This document shows positions 14,939 to 27,056 of a stretch of DNA of 64,000 nt, piece after piece. Numbering within the stretch: the stretch's first letter is position 1; every line of letters begins with the position of its first letter. The notes under the pieces were generated by a model. The model did no database searches, was not told the DNA's origin, and worked only from the letters and a program-made list of their open reading frames with translations. The DNA is taken from assembly GCA_015680685.1 (NCBI GenBank), contig MNCI01000556.1, forward strand, positions 1,783,731-1,847,730, given 5' to 3'. The DNA comes from Gnetum montanum. Lineage: Eukaryota; Plantae; Gnetophyta. The position numbers were made by a program, and so were the translations under genes.

Positions 14939-15269
14939 CACTAATTTAATACAGGTATGAATTGGGAAGAAAATGATTTATAATCACTTAAATTCACTAT
15001 TTCAAAATATTATCCAATTAGGTGAATGTGTCAATAGAATTTGATCAGATCATGTGCGAAGCCTTATGATTCATATGGTTGGGCGTAAGGAATACCCATT
15101 GCTTATCATTAGCATTATTCCTAGGAACACAATTTAGCTAAGTGCATTAGGCATTAGTGAATAGTGAATCCACATAAATTTATTTCAAGAAGGAATATAG
15201 CAATTCAATCTCTTATACAAAATAATTAAAATAGTATATTAAGGCATACTTCTTATACATTACTAAGAT

Positions 15270-17050
15270 GTCTTCTTCTCATAAGAATGAATCTTCGTCC
15301 CACACTAATGAATCCAATCAATAACAAGATAAGACTAGGAGGACCAACAGTGAAAATCCTCAATAACTTGAGGTATTCTATATACATACAGGTTCATTTC
15401 ATTTAAATTTCATCTCTATTCTCCATAAAGAATAATACATGCATTGAAGGAACATGGAGGGTGGTGTCCAATTACCTCTTGATTAGTCAATCTCACAAGG
15501 CTAGGGATTGAATCATCAGGCCTAGAACATGAGGTAATAAATTATATCTCAAGGGATTATCGACCCATAAAGTTATAACTTAAAAATAATTTATGCATGA
15601 AGGTGTGCTATGAGTTCTTCAAAGATAAAGGGATCTCGAAACCATTATTCCTACAACCGTAGGAAGAAAATTTTGATCTTTTTTCAAGGCTATCTTAATA
15701 CACATATTCTCATCCTATGATTGAGGATGACACTCAGTACTAGCGGTTGCAATCCACATTGCACAACAACTAGGATGAAGAAAGAATAGAATCCAAATAT
15801 CACAGAACATCAAGGTAAAGGTCCCATAGTCATTCATCTAAAGAAAAAGAAAAGGAGGAAACAAGGAACAAGGGAAGAGAATGAGAAAGGGATCATAGAA
15901 GAAGGACTAGCAGGTACCATTCTCCTAGTCCTTCACCTTCTTAATCCTTCTCCTCATCAAAATTTGACATAAGGATCTATGGTTGACATGGAAGAAAGAG
16001 TGATTGGGATCAATATTGAGATGGAGATGGGGATGATTAGAAATCACAACAAAGCAATAGGAGTTGAGAGCATTGACAGCCTCAGGAGGAATAGGAGCAT
16101 CTCTAAAAATGAAGGCATAGCAAAACTAATCATAGATGACATGGCCATGATATGGATAACCATAACCCTCATAACTATGATGAGCCATTTCTAGCTACTA
16201 GAAACATGCACAATTTTTTAGAAGTAGTTCAAATTCTCACTAGGCACCAAAAGAATAGTAAGATTAAATTGCTAGATATGAATAATATTCCTAGGATTGA
16301 AGGGGGATATAATGTTAATTTTTACCATCATTTGAAAGCTATCCATGATGCCTATTCCTTATAGAGTATTAAAAATGAATGACATAAGCTCAAATTATTC
16401 CCAAGGACACTCAATAAAAAGTTAGAAAGTTTGTACTAGTCTTTGGAACAAGAATCTATTCACAGGTGGAGTACCATCTTGGAGCTATTTAATGACAAGT
16501 ACTAAATGTACTTCTAAGTGCCCAACCTAAGTAAGAAAATCCAAGGATGAAAGTAAGAAAATCATGAATCTTTGAATGTAGCCCTAGGTAACTACTACTC
16601 TTTCTTGCACCAATGCCCAGGCCACAAAATCTCTCAAAGGGAGAAACTTCACCATAGTATAGATGGACTCTAGAAGAAATCATAGGAAGCTCTTGGGTTC
16701 TATGCTAAAGGGATACTTTCTAAGATGGAAGCTCATCAGATCCAAATGCTAATAGAATAAGTGATCAAGGAAGAAGAGGAATTAAAAAAAATGAGAAAGT
16801 GTAGAATATATAACATGGACTGGTCCATTTGCAAGAGCAAGGTGCATTTCTATGAGTCATAAGATGAAGCACTACTAGATGATGTGGTGCCAAGGGAGAC
16901 CTTGCTGATATAAAAATCTATTACTAAAATATTGTACAAGGTGAATAAAATGTGGGATTTCTTAAACAAAGACTACTCTTAGAATTATAGAGGAGAAGGT
17001 AGAGTAAGGAATTATTAATCAAGAAAGAAGAAGAAAGAAATATATAGAAA
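15270..17050 (+). pseudogene. gag: gag remnant of element A
   Basis: FLATRN..., YHHLKAIHDAY, KLKLFPRTL motifs shared with B and C; heavily interrupted; boundaries approximate. Confidence 0.6.
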
Positions 17051-17689
17051 AGAGTTACTATCAACAAAAAGGTAAGGCTTGAATGGTTAGTGAGATTGTA
17101 GATTTAAAAATTGATAATTATGGATGTGATATTTGCTAATATGAACATCCCAAGGAATGTTATCCCATGTTATCACATCTATAAGAGTCTGGGGTATATT
17201 CCTTAAATCCAAAATCTACAAAGAAGCAACCACCTAGAAGATTACCTTATTCATAAGGCAATTAGAAATAGTAGTTTCACCAAACAAAATACTATCTAAG
17301 TGAAGTACCTCCTCAACCTCATGAGTAGTATCAACAATGGGAAAACCCACAATCATGGGGGATACGGAAATATCCTTAAGAACAACTAGCCCATTATGGA
17401 TATTACATCTAGTAGCCTATATTTCCTCATGGTTTTTTTAGTCACACTCCTTTCTCTCATCAATACTATCCTCTTGAATATTATAGAATGTCTACTCTAA
17501 GAAATGAGTCTCCTTTCACTCATCCTCTTTTATATCAACCAACACATCCTATGCCACCTAACACCACATCCTTGTCACCTCCTCCACCTATGTAGGAAGA
17601 AATTCCACCATAACCACAGTAAAGAAATGCCACAATGGTAGTTAATATATAGCTAAATATCCATATGAGTGATTCTAAGATGAAGAGGT

Positions 17690-19947
17690 AGCCACAGAGA
17701 TGGTTAAATCCAAAGCTTAGGCAAGTTATTAAAGAAGAAGTGGAACAACTTCTTAATGTTGAGTTCATTTATTCCATTACAGATAGTTAATGGATTAGCC
17801 TACTTGTAATTGTATTAAATAAAGAAGGAAGTGAAGAGTCTAAATAGAGTATAGGCTATGCAACATGTTAACTTTCAAAAGATCATTTTCCATTAGCATT
17901 TTTGGACTAGGTGTGAGATACTATTGTGGGGCATGGCTACTATAGTTTTCTATATGGTTATAATGGCTATAACCAAATCCAAATGGCACTAAAGGATCAG
18001 GTAAAAACAACCTTCAAAAGTTCCTAGGGGGCTTTCACATACAAGAAGATGGCATTTGACCTTTGCAATGCCCCTACCATTTTTCAATGTCTAGTGCTCA
18101 ATATTTCTTAGCAAAAAATTGATAGTTGTATGGTAATCTTCATGGATGAATTTTCCAACTATGGTACCAACTTTGATCAAGTCTTAGATCATCTTAAGCA
18201 AGTGCTAAAATTCTATGTGAAGAAAAACACACAACTCAAATGGTAGAAAAGCCATTTAATGGTCCAGGAGGGCAAAGTCTTGGTGCATATAATTTTAGAA
18301 AAAATGATCAAGATAAATCTAGAGAAAGTATAAATCATCTAAAAAATTACCAGATACATTTAAATGGTAAAAGATGCATGGTCATTCATTGAGAAAATTG
18401 GTTACTATAGGTGCTTCATCAAGAACTTCTCCAAAATTGCCAACTTATTAGTAGAGCTCACAAAGAAGGATGCACCTTTCGAATGGACCAAGGAATGTGA
18501 GCAAGCATTCCAAAAAGTTAAGCAAAAGCTTATATAAACCCCAATTCTACATACTCTAGATTGGTCCAAACATTTCATATCATGAAAAATACATCAAACT
18601 ATGCATTTGGAGTGGTACTTACACAATTGGATGATCAATGATGTCCATACTATATCCATTGTGCAAGCAAAAGCATTGTTGGTGCACAACTAAATTACAC
18701 CACCACTAAAAAGGAACTCATGGTAGTGGTGTATGCCTTAAAGAAGTTCAAGCACTATGTGCTTGGATATCAAATGTTTATGCACACTAATCATAGTGCC
18801 ACTCACTTCTTAATGAATGAGTCAATGGTGAACATCTATGTCACATCGTGATTGGAAATTTTCCAAGAGTTTGTTCTAACTATGGTGGACATAAAAGAAA
18901 CTAAGAACATAGTCACTGATCATTTATATTAGTTAATATGGGATAGCAAAAAGGATGAGTAGCCCTTATCCAACCAATTTCCTAATGAGATCTTTTTTTC
19001 TAAATCCACTGAAGTTCAAAGACCCAAAGGTACTAATTGATATAATGAATTCTGCTTCTATCTTCTCACTTAAGAAACTCCACCATAATGGAATAACAAG
19101 AAGAAATAATATTTTTCTCACCAAGTCAAGTACTATATTGAAATTCAAGGTAACATTTACAAGTTTTGTGAAAATGGCTTGGTGTGATGGTGTACCTAAT
19201 GATTATTAACTTTGGATTCTCCAAGATATTCATAAAGGTCCTTATGGGGGCCATTAAGTATGAAGGAGGATAGTTGTGAAGATTCTCATGGAAAAGTTCT
19301 TTTGGCCAATAATCTTCAGGGATGCTTACCATTTTCTTATTTATGTACTACTAAAGAGATGAATGAATGGTAGTTTGAATGGAAGGATCTCAAAATTATA
19401 TCCAACCACTAAAACTCCTTGGCCTTTGGGGTATTGACTTCATGAGATATATCACTTCCATGTCAAATGGAAAGGCTTACATCACCATTGCTATTAACTA
19501 TTGCAAACAGTAGGCTAAATTTTTAGCTACCATTGACTATTCATCTTTTACTATAGCATGGTTTATTCAACAAAATGTCGTAAATAGGTCTGGTATGCCA
19601 AGGACTCTTATTTTAGTCAATGGAACTTACTTCACTATGTCTACTTTTTAGAAACTAATGTAATGCTTAGAGGGACAACATCAACTAACAGCCCTCTATT
19701 ACCCATAAGCTAATGGACAAGTTGAGGTAACTAATAGGGAGATAACCAAAATCTTAACATGAATCATTTGTCAATATAGGAAGGACTAGAGCATGAAACT
19801 CAATGATGCTCTTTGGGCTTATTGGTCAACTTGGAAACTTTTTCTAGATTACTCTCTTTATGAGTTGGTGTATGGGAAATTGCCAATACATCCAATCCAA
19901 GTTAAGCTCTATAAATTCTTAACCATTGTGAGCTTGACCTTGACCTC
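17690..19947 (+). pseudogene. pol: pol remnant of element A (RT, RNase H, N-terminal and core integrase)
   Basis: DHFPLAFLD, GYNGYNQI, CNAPTIFQ, FMDEF, NYTTTKKELMVVVYALKKFKHY, GIDFM, NGQVEVTNREI, KLNDALWAY; many stops. Confidence 0.9.
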
Positions 19948-21384
19948 TGTAATGACAGAAAATGTCGGCAGCTGGAAAATACCGAACAAAAATTCCGTGT
20001 ACACAGTTTTAACCACGGATCCGCATGAGGGCAATGCTGGAAAAAAACGAATTCGCGGTGCCCTGAACGGTCTTGTCGATCAGATAGGGACTTACTATCA
20101 GTAAAAATGATGCAAATGTTCTATGGATCGGTGTGATTCAGTGAATCACAAACGGAGGCAAAAAAAGTTTAGATCAATTGCAACAATGACAGCGATATCG
20201 TGAAAAGGGGTGGCCAATACGGGAGCAACGCGTGTTCTTTAAGATCTACGCTTTGACTTGCAGAATGTGTGTATTGTATATTACGTTACAACAAGGAGAT
20301 CCTGAATAATTGATATGAGATAGGCACAAAACAACAAGAAAACTGTCCAGGTAGAAATCCGATCTAACTTGTAGGCCAAAGATGAGATGCAAGGAAGGTC
20401 GAGCCCTGACGTATATTGATCAACTGTTTCTGACGCATAGAATCTGCAAACCGTCAGGATGATCTCACGATCTTTGATCTACTTCTTTGCTTTGGGTAGC
20501 TTCTGCCCGGGTCCGCCAACGACCACTAATGGAGAAAGTTGTATCTTCCCCAAAGGAATGATTGCCCTTGCTGCTGATGCTTAATGGACTGTGCTATGCT
20601 TCTGCTGAAAGGAGATGCTGTTAAGAATTTTCTAAGCGCTGCCCTCTGTATCCCTGCTCTTATTCACTTGCTTGCCAACTTGCCAAATTTTTGCCAACCC
20701 TTGTATCTTTGTCCATCGGGATATTTATAGGCTGCGATGTCCTATGAAAAGGCGCAATCCTGATGACGTGTGCCCCAAATGTTTCGGGTACTGTTGACCA
20801 TTTTGTGTCAAGCTGTGACTACGCACAATATGCTTGCTTGCATATTGTGCGTGTAAAAAATAGATGTGCATTTGGCCTGCTTCAGCTTTCTTTGAGCTAT
20901 ATTACGCTCATTCACACTGCGTTGCGTATATGAGCGTAGTGTATACAAGTTATGTACGCTTGCTTACGCAGCCGCGCGTAATGAGCGTATCGTAACATGA
21001 AATAATTAGTGCAAGTTATTTACGCTCTCTTACGTAGCCGCACGTAATGAGCATAAAGAAACATCAAACAATAAATACAAGTTGTTTTACGCTCCCTTAC
21101 GCAGCTGTGTGTAATGAGCGTAAACAACGTTCCAATCTTGGCAATGCGTTATGCTCGGATACGCAACGTTGCGTAACGTGCGTAAGATAAATTGACCGCA
21201 TGCCAAAAGAAAGGGCTTGAATTGTTGCACCTTTTCTGGATTTCTGCCCTTGACTGTTTTGAGGCTCGTTACACTGCTGTGCGTAACAGAGTGTAAACTT
21301 GTCTTTGATCAGAAGCTGATACGCGCTCTCGCCTGAATTGCGAATATTTGCCTGAGGCCGACTTGTAATTTTCACGGTGTTTCA
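19948..21384 (-). repeat. 3' LTR of element D
   Basis: Direct repeat of 35807-37243; mismatches are mostly transitions at CG/CHG sites; TATAAATA on the minus strand near 20722-20729. Confidence 0.97.
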
Positions 21385-21385
21385 A

Positions 21386-21397
21386 TGGCCCCTCTTT
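21386..21397 (-). other. Polypurine tract of element D
   Basis: Minus strand reads AAAGAGGGGCCA just before the 3' LTR. Confidence 0.8.
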
Positions 21398-21897
21398 GTT
21401 GAAGGTTAGAGGGCTTGCCTGAAAGACGTCGACAAAGAATACGAAACACCGAATTGGCAAAAGAAAAAACAGCGTCCATCCATGGCTACTCAAGTATTTG
21501 CCTTGTCAACATGGAAGGGCGAAGCTAGAGGGAATGGGAAAAATGATATGATATGAGAGAAACATACGCACATTTGTGTCAATAGGAATGCTTTTAGGCA
21601 AGCATGGCGCATCAACCTGAGATTTCTCTGTTACAGATTATAGTAGGAATGCTTGCAAAAGGAGCACGGCGCATCACTTTCTGTGATATCTCTGCTATAA
21701 TATTTAGTTACGTAGCGTATGGATTGGGTTGTGGTGCGAGTACTAATGGGTGTTTGCGTATGTAACTGCTGAGTACATCATGCAAGTGATAGGGATGAAA
21801 TAAAATGAGATAAAAACTAAGGATTATGGTGGCGATAGGCATGCACTTCAAAGTGACAAGGCAAACCTAAGCAGCCATCTCAAGATGCTGTTGAGCT

Positions 21898-22446
21898 TCA
21901 CCACTCAGATGAATGCATCTCTGAACGATATCTTTGAAATAAGTAACCTACAACCATAGAAGAAAACAGAGTGTGCCATCGCTCATGATAATTGGAGGTG
22001 AGATTGCCTGAAGTGAGATGAAGCGATCGAGCCATAAGGAAAGAGCTGTAGCACCGGACCAAAGCCGCCAATCCTGACGATTGGCCCAGCACATCTTCGC
22101 GAAAAGGCATCAGATACAGCGCAGCTAGCTGGGTTTGCAAGGAACCAACCAGATGGATCTGCAAAGCCAGCGTCTGATAGCGATGATCAGCGGAGAACCC
22201 TAAGGTCGTTGTTGATGAGGATTTTGTTGGGGCTCCGGCTGGCGAGACTAAACTCTCAGAGGTACCACCGTTGTAGTGGGCGTAGCGGTGGCATCTCCGA
22301 GGGATCAGTAAGATGCCTTTCAGCTCATCCGAGGAATCAGCAGGATGCCGGTGGGGTGGCGACGCTGGGACTGTCCCAGTGTCCCACCCCATTTGTGGTG
22401 CAGCTGTACAAAGGTGATCACGCTCGCCTGATATGCCTGTCAGCAA
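21898..22446 (-). CDS. Possible 3' extra ORF of element D (182 codons, unknown function)
   Basis: Uninterrupted sense-strand frame between the tandem array and the PPT; no recognisable motif. Confidence 0.3.
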   Translation of the reverse strand: MLTGISGERDHLCTAAPQMGWDTGTVPASPPHRHPADSSDELKGILLIPRRCHRYAHYNGGTSESLVSPAGAPTKSSSTTTLGFSADHRYQTLALQIHLVGSLQTQLAALYLMPFREDVLGQSSGLAALVRCYSSFLMARSLHLTSGNLTSNYHERWHTLFSSMVVGYLFQRYRSEMHSSEW

Positions 22447-22459
22447 TCTGTAAGTCCAA

Positions 22460-23122
22460 TTTTTAAGTCCTGGTAGACTGTCGTTGCTGGTTTTAAGTCT
22501 CAGCAGACCATGGTCCTAGTTTAAAGTCCGGGCGGACCGAGATGCGCTAGTTTTACGTCGTAGCGGACGGTGTCAGTGCTGGTTTATGGTCTTAGCGGAC
22601 CGTACTATGGATGTCAATTTCATGTCATGACCTAAGGACGAAGCTGTGCTGGTTTCACGTCTCAGCAGACGGTTACTTACCTGTGCCAGTTTTATGTCAT
22701 AGAGGACAGTCGGTGCCAGTTTAGCGTCGTGGCAAACGCATTCAAAAGATGCTAGTTTTTCGTCTTGGCGGACATGTACAATGTTGCCAGTTTTACATCG
22801 TAGTGGACGGTCACAACGTGCCAGGTTAGCGTCATGGCAAACGATCAATGCCAGTTTAGCGTCATAGCGGACGATCAGTGCCAGTTTATCATCATAGCGG
22901 ACGATCAGTGCCAGTTTATCGTCATAGTAGACGATCAGTGCCAGTTTATCATCATAGCGGACGATCAGTGCCAGTTTATCATCATAGTGGACGATCAGTG
23001 CCAGTTTATTGTCATAGCGGACGGTCAGTGTCAGTTTAGCGTCATAGCGGACGATCAGTGCCAGTTTATCATCATAGCGGACGATCAGTGCCAGTTTATC
23101 GTCATAGCAGATGATCAATGCC
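22460..23122. repeat. 30-bp tandem array in the 3' non-coding region of element D
   Basis: Unit gtcatagcggacgatcagtgccagtttatc; nine near-perfect copies at 22831-23100 plus a partial copy, decaying leftwards to ~22460. Confidence 0.95.
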
Positions 23123-23151
23123 ATACCTTCGTGTTTAGTCTGGAGATGCTG

Positions 23152-26100
23152 CTAAATGTAATACCTTTTTAGATAGACGTGATTTACAGGGTTCGGTAAC
23201 TCACTACCGTTGACATCTGCTATTCTGAATGCTCCGTTGTTGTATGCGTTGGTCACCAAGAAAGGGCCTTCCCAGTTGGTAGAGAATTTACCTACCGGTT
23301 CGCGAACAGCCTTGAGAACTAAATCCCCTTTCTTGATCAGGCGCTGCTGAAAGTTGTGATGATGCTTTTGCCTTTGTCTATCTTGATATTTCTCAATCGT
23401 GTCAAGAGCCTGTATTCGCTTCTCTTCCACTGAATCCAAGTCCATTATCCGAGACTCAGTGTGTTGAGCCTCATTTATACTGGTGGAGAGGACCATTCTC
23501 AGAGAAGGAATTTGCAACTCGAGGGGCAGCACTACCTCAGATCTGTAAACCAGGCTGTAGGGCGTACTACCTGTAGCTGTCTTACATGTAGTACGATATG
23601 CCCATAGCACATAGAGGATTTGTTCATGCCACCGTCTCGTGTTTCCATCGAGCATTTTATTGAGCGGATTGATGATCACTTTGTTTGTTGCTTTAGCTTG
23701 ACCATTCGCTTGCGGGTAGTAAGGGGAAGAAAAAGATTGTCTAATGCCCAGGTTGTCACAGAAGGATTTGGTTTCCGTGCTACTAAACTGTGGCCCATTG
23801 TCGGTCACTATAGTCATTGGGAGACCAAATCTGGTTACTATGTTGTCTAGGATAAAATGGCAAATCTGCTGAGATGTAATCTTCCGCAGGGGAATGACCT
23901 CTACCCACTTCGTAAAATACTCAGTAGCGGTAATAATAAAGCTATGACCTGTAGAAGATTTCAGCATGATAGGGCCTATGATGTCAAGTCCCCATCGCTG
24001 GAATGGCCATGTTATCTGCATGGTTTGTAATTTGGTAGGCGACACGTGTATGAGATTCGCGTGCCGCTGACATGTGTCACATGTTTTAACCTTCGTCAAG
24101 CAATCTTTTTCCATGCGTGGCCAGTAGTATCCTAAGCGACGGATTTTGAGGGCCATAGCCTGGGGTGCTACGTGGCCACCGCACAGTCCCTCGTGAACTT
24201 CGTCGACTATGTATTGCATTTGGCTTCTGCCGACGCAAGTAAGCAACATGCCATCAAAAGAGCGTCTACAAAGAGTACTGTCTCCCATGATGACGTATTG
24301 CCTAGCCTGTTTACAAATTGCATCCTTTTGCACGCATGTCAATTCAGATGGTAACTCGCCTTGTAAAAGGTAAGTTTTAATGTCATCGTACCATTCGGGC
24401 GTGCCTTCCTCGATAAGAGTAGAGATTTGCGTCGCCTGAATGATAGGGTCTGTGCAATCTGTTATTAATGCAGGGCAGGTGTCAAATAGATGTGGAGGCA
24501 TGTTTAGAGCCAGTGTGGCCAGTGCGTCAGCCAGTGTGTTGTCAGTGCACGGTACATGTTGGGCATCAATGGTCGTAAATCATCCCAGAAGATCTTTAGC
24601 CTTTTCACAGTAGGGCTACAAATGCACAGCCTTGCAGGCGTAGACTCCTGTGATTTGATTTATGACAAGCATCGAATCGCCCCTAATTACCAGATGTCAA
24701 ATATCCAGTTCGCTAGCAGTTAGTAATCCCCTGAGGAGCCCCTCGTACTCTGCCACGTTGTTCGTACAAGGGAAGGTCAAGCGATAAGCATGTAGATGCA
24801 CATCCTCAGGCAATAGCGTAATAACAGTGGCAGCACTGCCGCCTCTAGCGGTTGAGGCTCCATCAAAATACAACGTTGCCTCGGGGCCTGTCAAGACAAG
24901 GCTTACTCTATGTATATGTTCGTCAGGAAATTCTGGTTCTATAGTTGCGTGATTGTTAACCGGCGCTATTACTAACTGGTCAGCTATCGCTTGGCCTTTC
25001 GTGGAAGATTGGCCAATATAGCGCAGATCGAATTCTGCCGTGATAGCCTTCTAGCGAGCTATCCTACTACTCTCGTATAGATTCTGCGTAATGGTCCTAA
25101 GAATGTTATTTTTACAAATGATATTAACCTGGCTATGGAAGAGATAGTGTCTACACTTTTTGAGCATAAAAACTAATGCTAGGCAATTACGCTCGACTTC
25201 ATTGTACCTCGTTTCGTACGCACATAGAGCATGACTCAAGTAGTAGATAGGCACTTCCGACCCATCACTCCTCCTTTGGCAAAGTAATGCTGCTAACGCT
25301 ACGTCTGAAGTTGCAAGGTAAATGTAAAATGGCAAATCCCTTTGTGGCGGGGAAAATCATTGGAAAATGTTGCAGTTCCTGTTTGAGGTTGTCAAAAGCA
25401 CACTGACAATCTTCTGTCCATTCGAAAGTAACCCCGTTTTTGAGCAGATGCTACATAGGATGTAACTTATCGGTTAATCTCGAGATCAAATGGCGTATAA
25501 ATTGCAGTCATCCCTGTAATCCGCATAATTGCTTGAGGTCTGTAGGGGGCATCAATTCAACAATGGCTTTGACCTTATCAGGGTCAACTCGTATGCCAGT
25601 TTCAGACACCACAAACCCTAGCATGCGTCCGGTTTTGACACCAAATACGCACTTCTTTGGGTTGAGCCGGAGCTCATATTTAGAGCATCTTTTAAGGACT
25701 AATTCTAGGTCTTCTGAATGATCTTCAAACTTTAAAGACTTAACAGCTATATCGTCTACGTAGTCATTCAGTTTCCCTAAGAGGTAATCACTAAAGATGT
25801 ATGTCATGGCTCGTTGATACGTTGCTCCGGCGTTCTTTAGACCAAAAGGCATCATCGTGTAGCAAAAGGTTCCCCATGGCATCATGAACATCGTGGTCAA
25901 TTAATGCTCTAGGTTAATGCGAATCTGGTTATAGCCTGAGAAACCATCCATAAAGGATAGTAGCGCATGCCCAGCCGTCGTATCGACTAGCTGGTCGATA
26001 CTCGGTAATGGGAAGTTATCCTTGATTGTAGCCTTGTTCAAATCTCGAAAATCTATACAGATGCATATACCTCCAGTCTTCTTCGACACGACTACAATGT

Positions 26101-26640
26101 TAGATACCCAATCTGAGTAATCGACTGCACAGATGAAACCAGCCTGATATAGTTTGGTGATTTCATCACGCACAGCTAGCATAATTTCCAGCTTAATTTT
26201 TCGCACCTTTTGTCTAACTGCTTTAACTTGCAGGTCTAAGATTATGTTATGTTGAATTAGCTTGGGATCTAGCCCAGGCATATCTTCATAGGACCATTCA
26301 AAGACTGTAATGTTGTCTTGCAGGACTTGTTTTATGGCTTCGTGCATTTTTTCGTCTAGTAAGGAACTGACCTTAAGCGTTTTGGGCTCACCTCTATGCG
26401 TAACAATAGGAACCTCGTTAATGGGGTCCTCAGTTATATCCCCAGCCTCCAAGTCTAGTGTGCGCATCGACTGTTCTGGCCATTCTGGGGATGTTTCCGA
26501 CGCTGCTATGGTTACGTCGGCCAAAGGGGAGTCAATGTCTATAAATGCGGAGACAAATTGCTTAACTACCCTCCCGTATGGGCCTGTTAAAGTTAAGGGA
26601 GCTGAAAGTATTGCATCCATTTACTGTCTGTCCTGCAAAA
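23152..26640 (-). pseudogene. pol: pol of element D: RT, RNase H, archaeal-type RNase H (aRH), integrase
   Basis: RT: DNFPLPSIDQLVD, FMDGFSGYNQI, MPFGLKNAGATYQR, YVDD. RH: YLATSD, ETRYNEVERNCLAL. aRH: LYFDGAS, CTNNVAEYEGL (24894-24697). INT: HEGLCGGH, CDTCQ, WGLDIIGP, TDNGPQF, PQANGQA, WEGPF (24501-23152). Scattered stops. Confidence 0.97.
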
Positions 26641-26898
26641 CTGCAAAATGTGTAAATGATTAGGAGGAAGTAACCGCAAAACTGTGATTGTGTCAAACGT
26701 GGAGAGCTAACAAAATTTTGAATATTGTAAAATAGGCTGTAATCAATGCTACTCGATTACGAGGTGATAAGATGTGGTAGTTTAACGTCATTTCGGATAG
26801 TCACGCATGCGAGATCCGCCACATTAATACCTTGATTTTTCGGGTTCTATTTTAGGAAAGTCCCACTGAAATCGGATATCAAGTCGGTGATACTCGCA

Positions 26899-26906
26899 TA
26901 TAAGTA
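26899..26906 (+). promoter_or_regulatory. TATA-like box of the antisense gene
   Basis: TATAAGTA about 155 bp upstream of ATG 27057. Confidence 0.4.
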
Positions 26907-27056
26907 AACGGTTTGTTCTTGAAAAGGGCTGGCGCTTGTTGTGCATTCGAATTTGTGACTGTTGTGAAGCGCGAGGAGAAAGAGCGGAAGAATTGAGCGT
27001 GTGGTTTGCGCAAGTTTGCAAGTGCTGAATTGCGTCAATACTGAAAAACTACTACA

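Noticed and set aside
21097-21493. ORFs repeated at 21.1-21.5 kb and 36.9-37.3 kb
   Set aside because: They lie in the two LTRs of element D, so the duplication reflects LTR identity, not coding conservation.
22573-23172. ORFs of 183 aa (-) and 112 aa (+) with 10-aa repeats; also a CRISPR-like look
   Set aside because: Both are by-products of a 30-bp head-to-tail array with no unique spacers, inside a plant retrotransposon.
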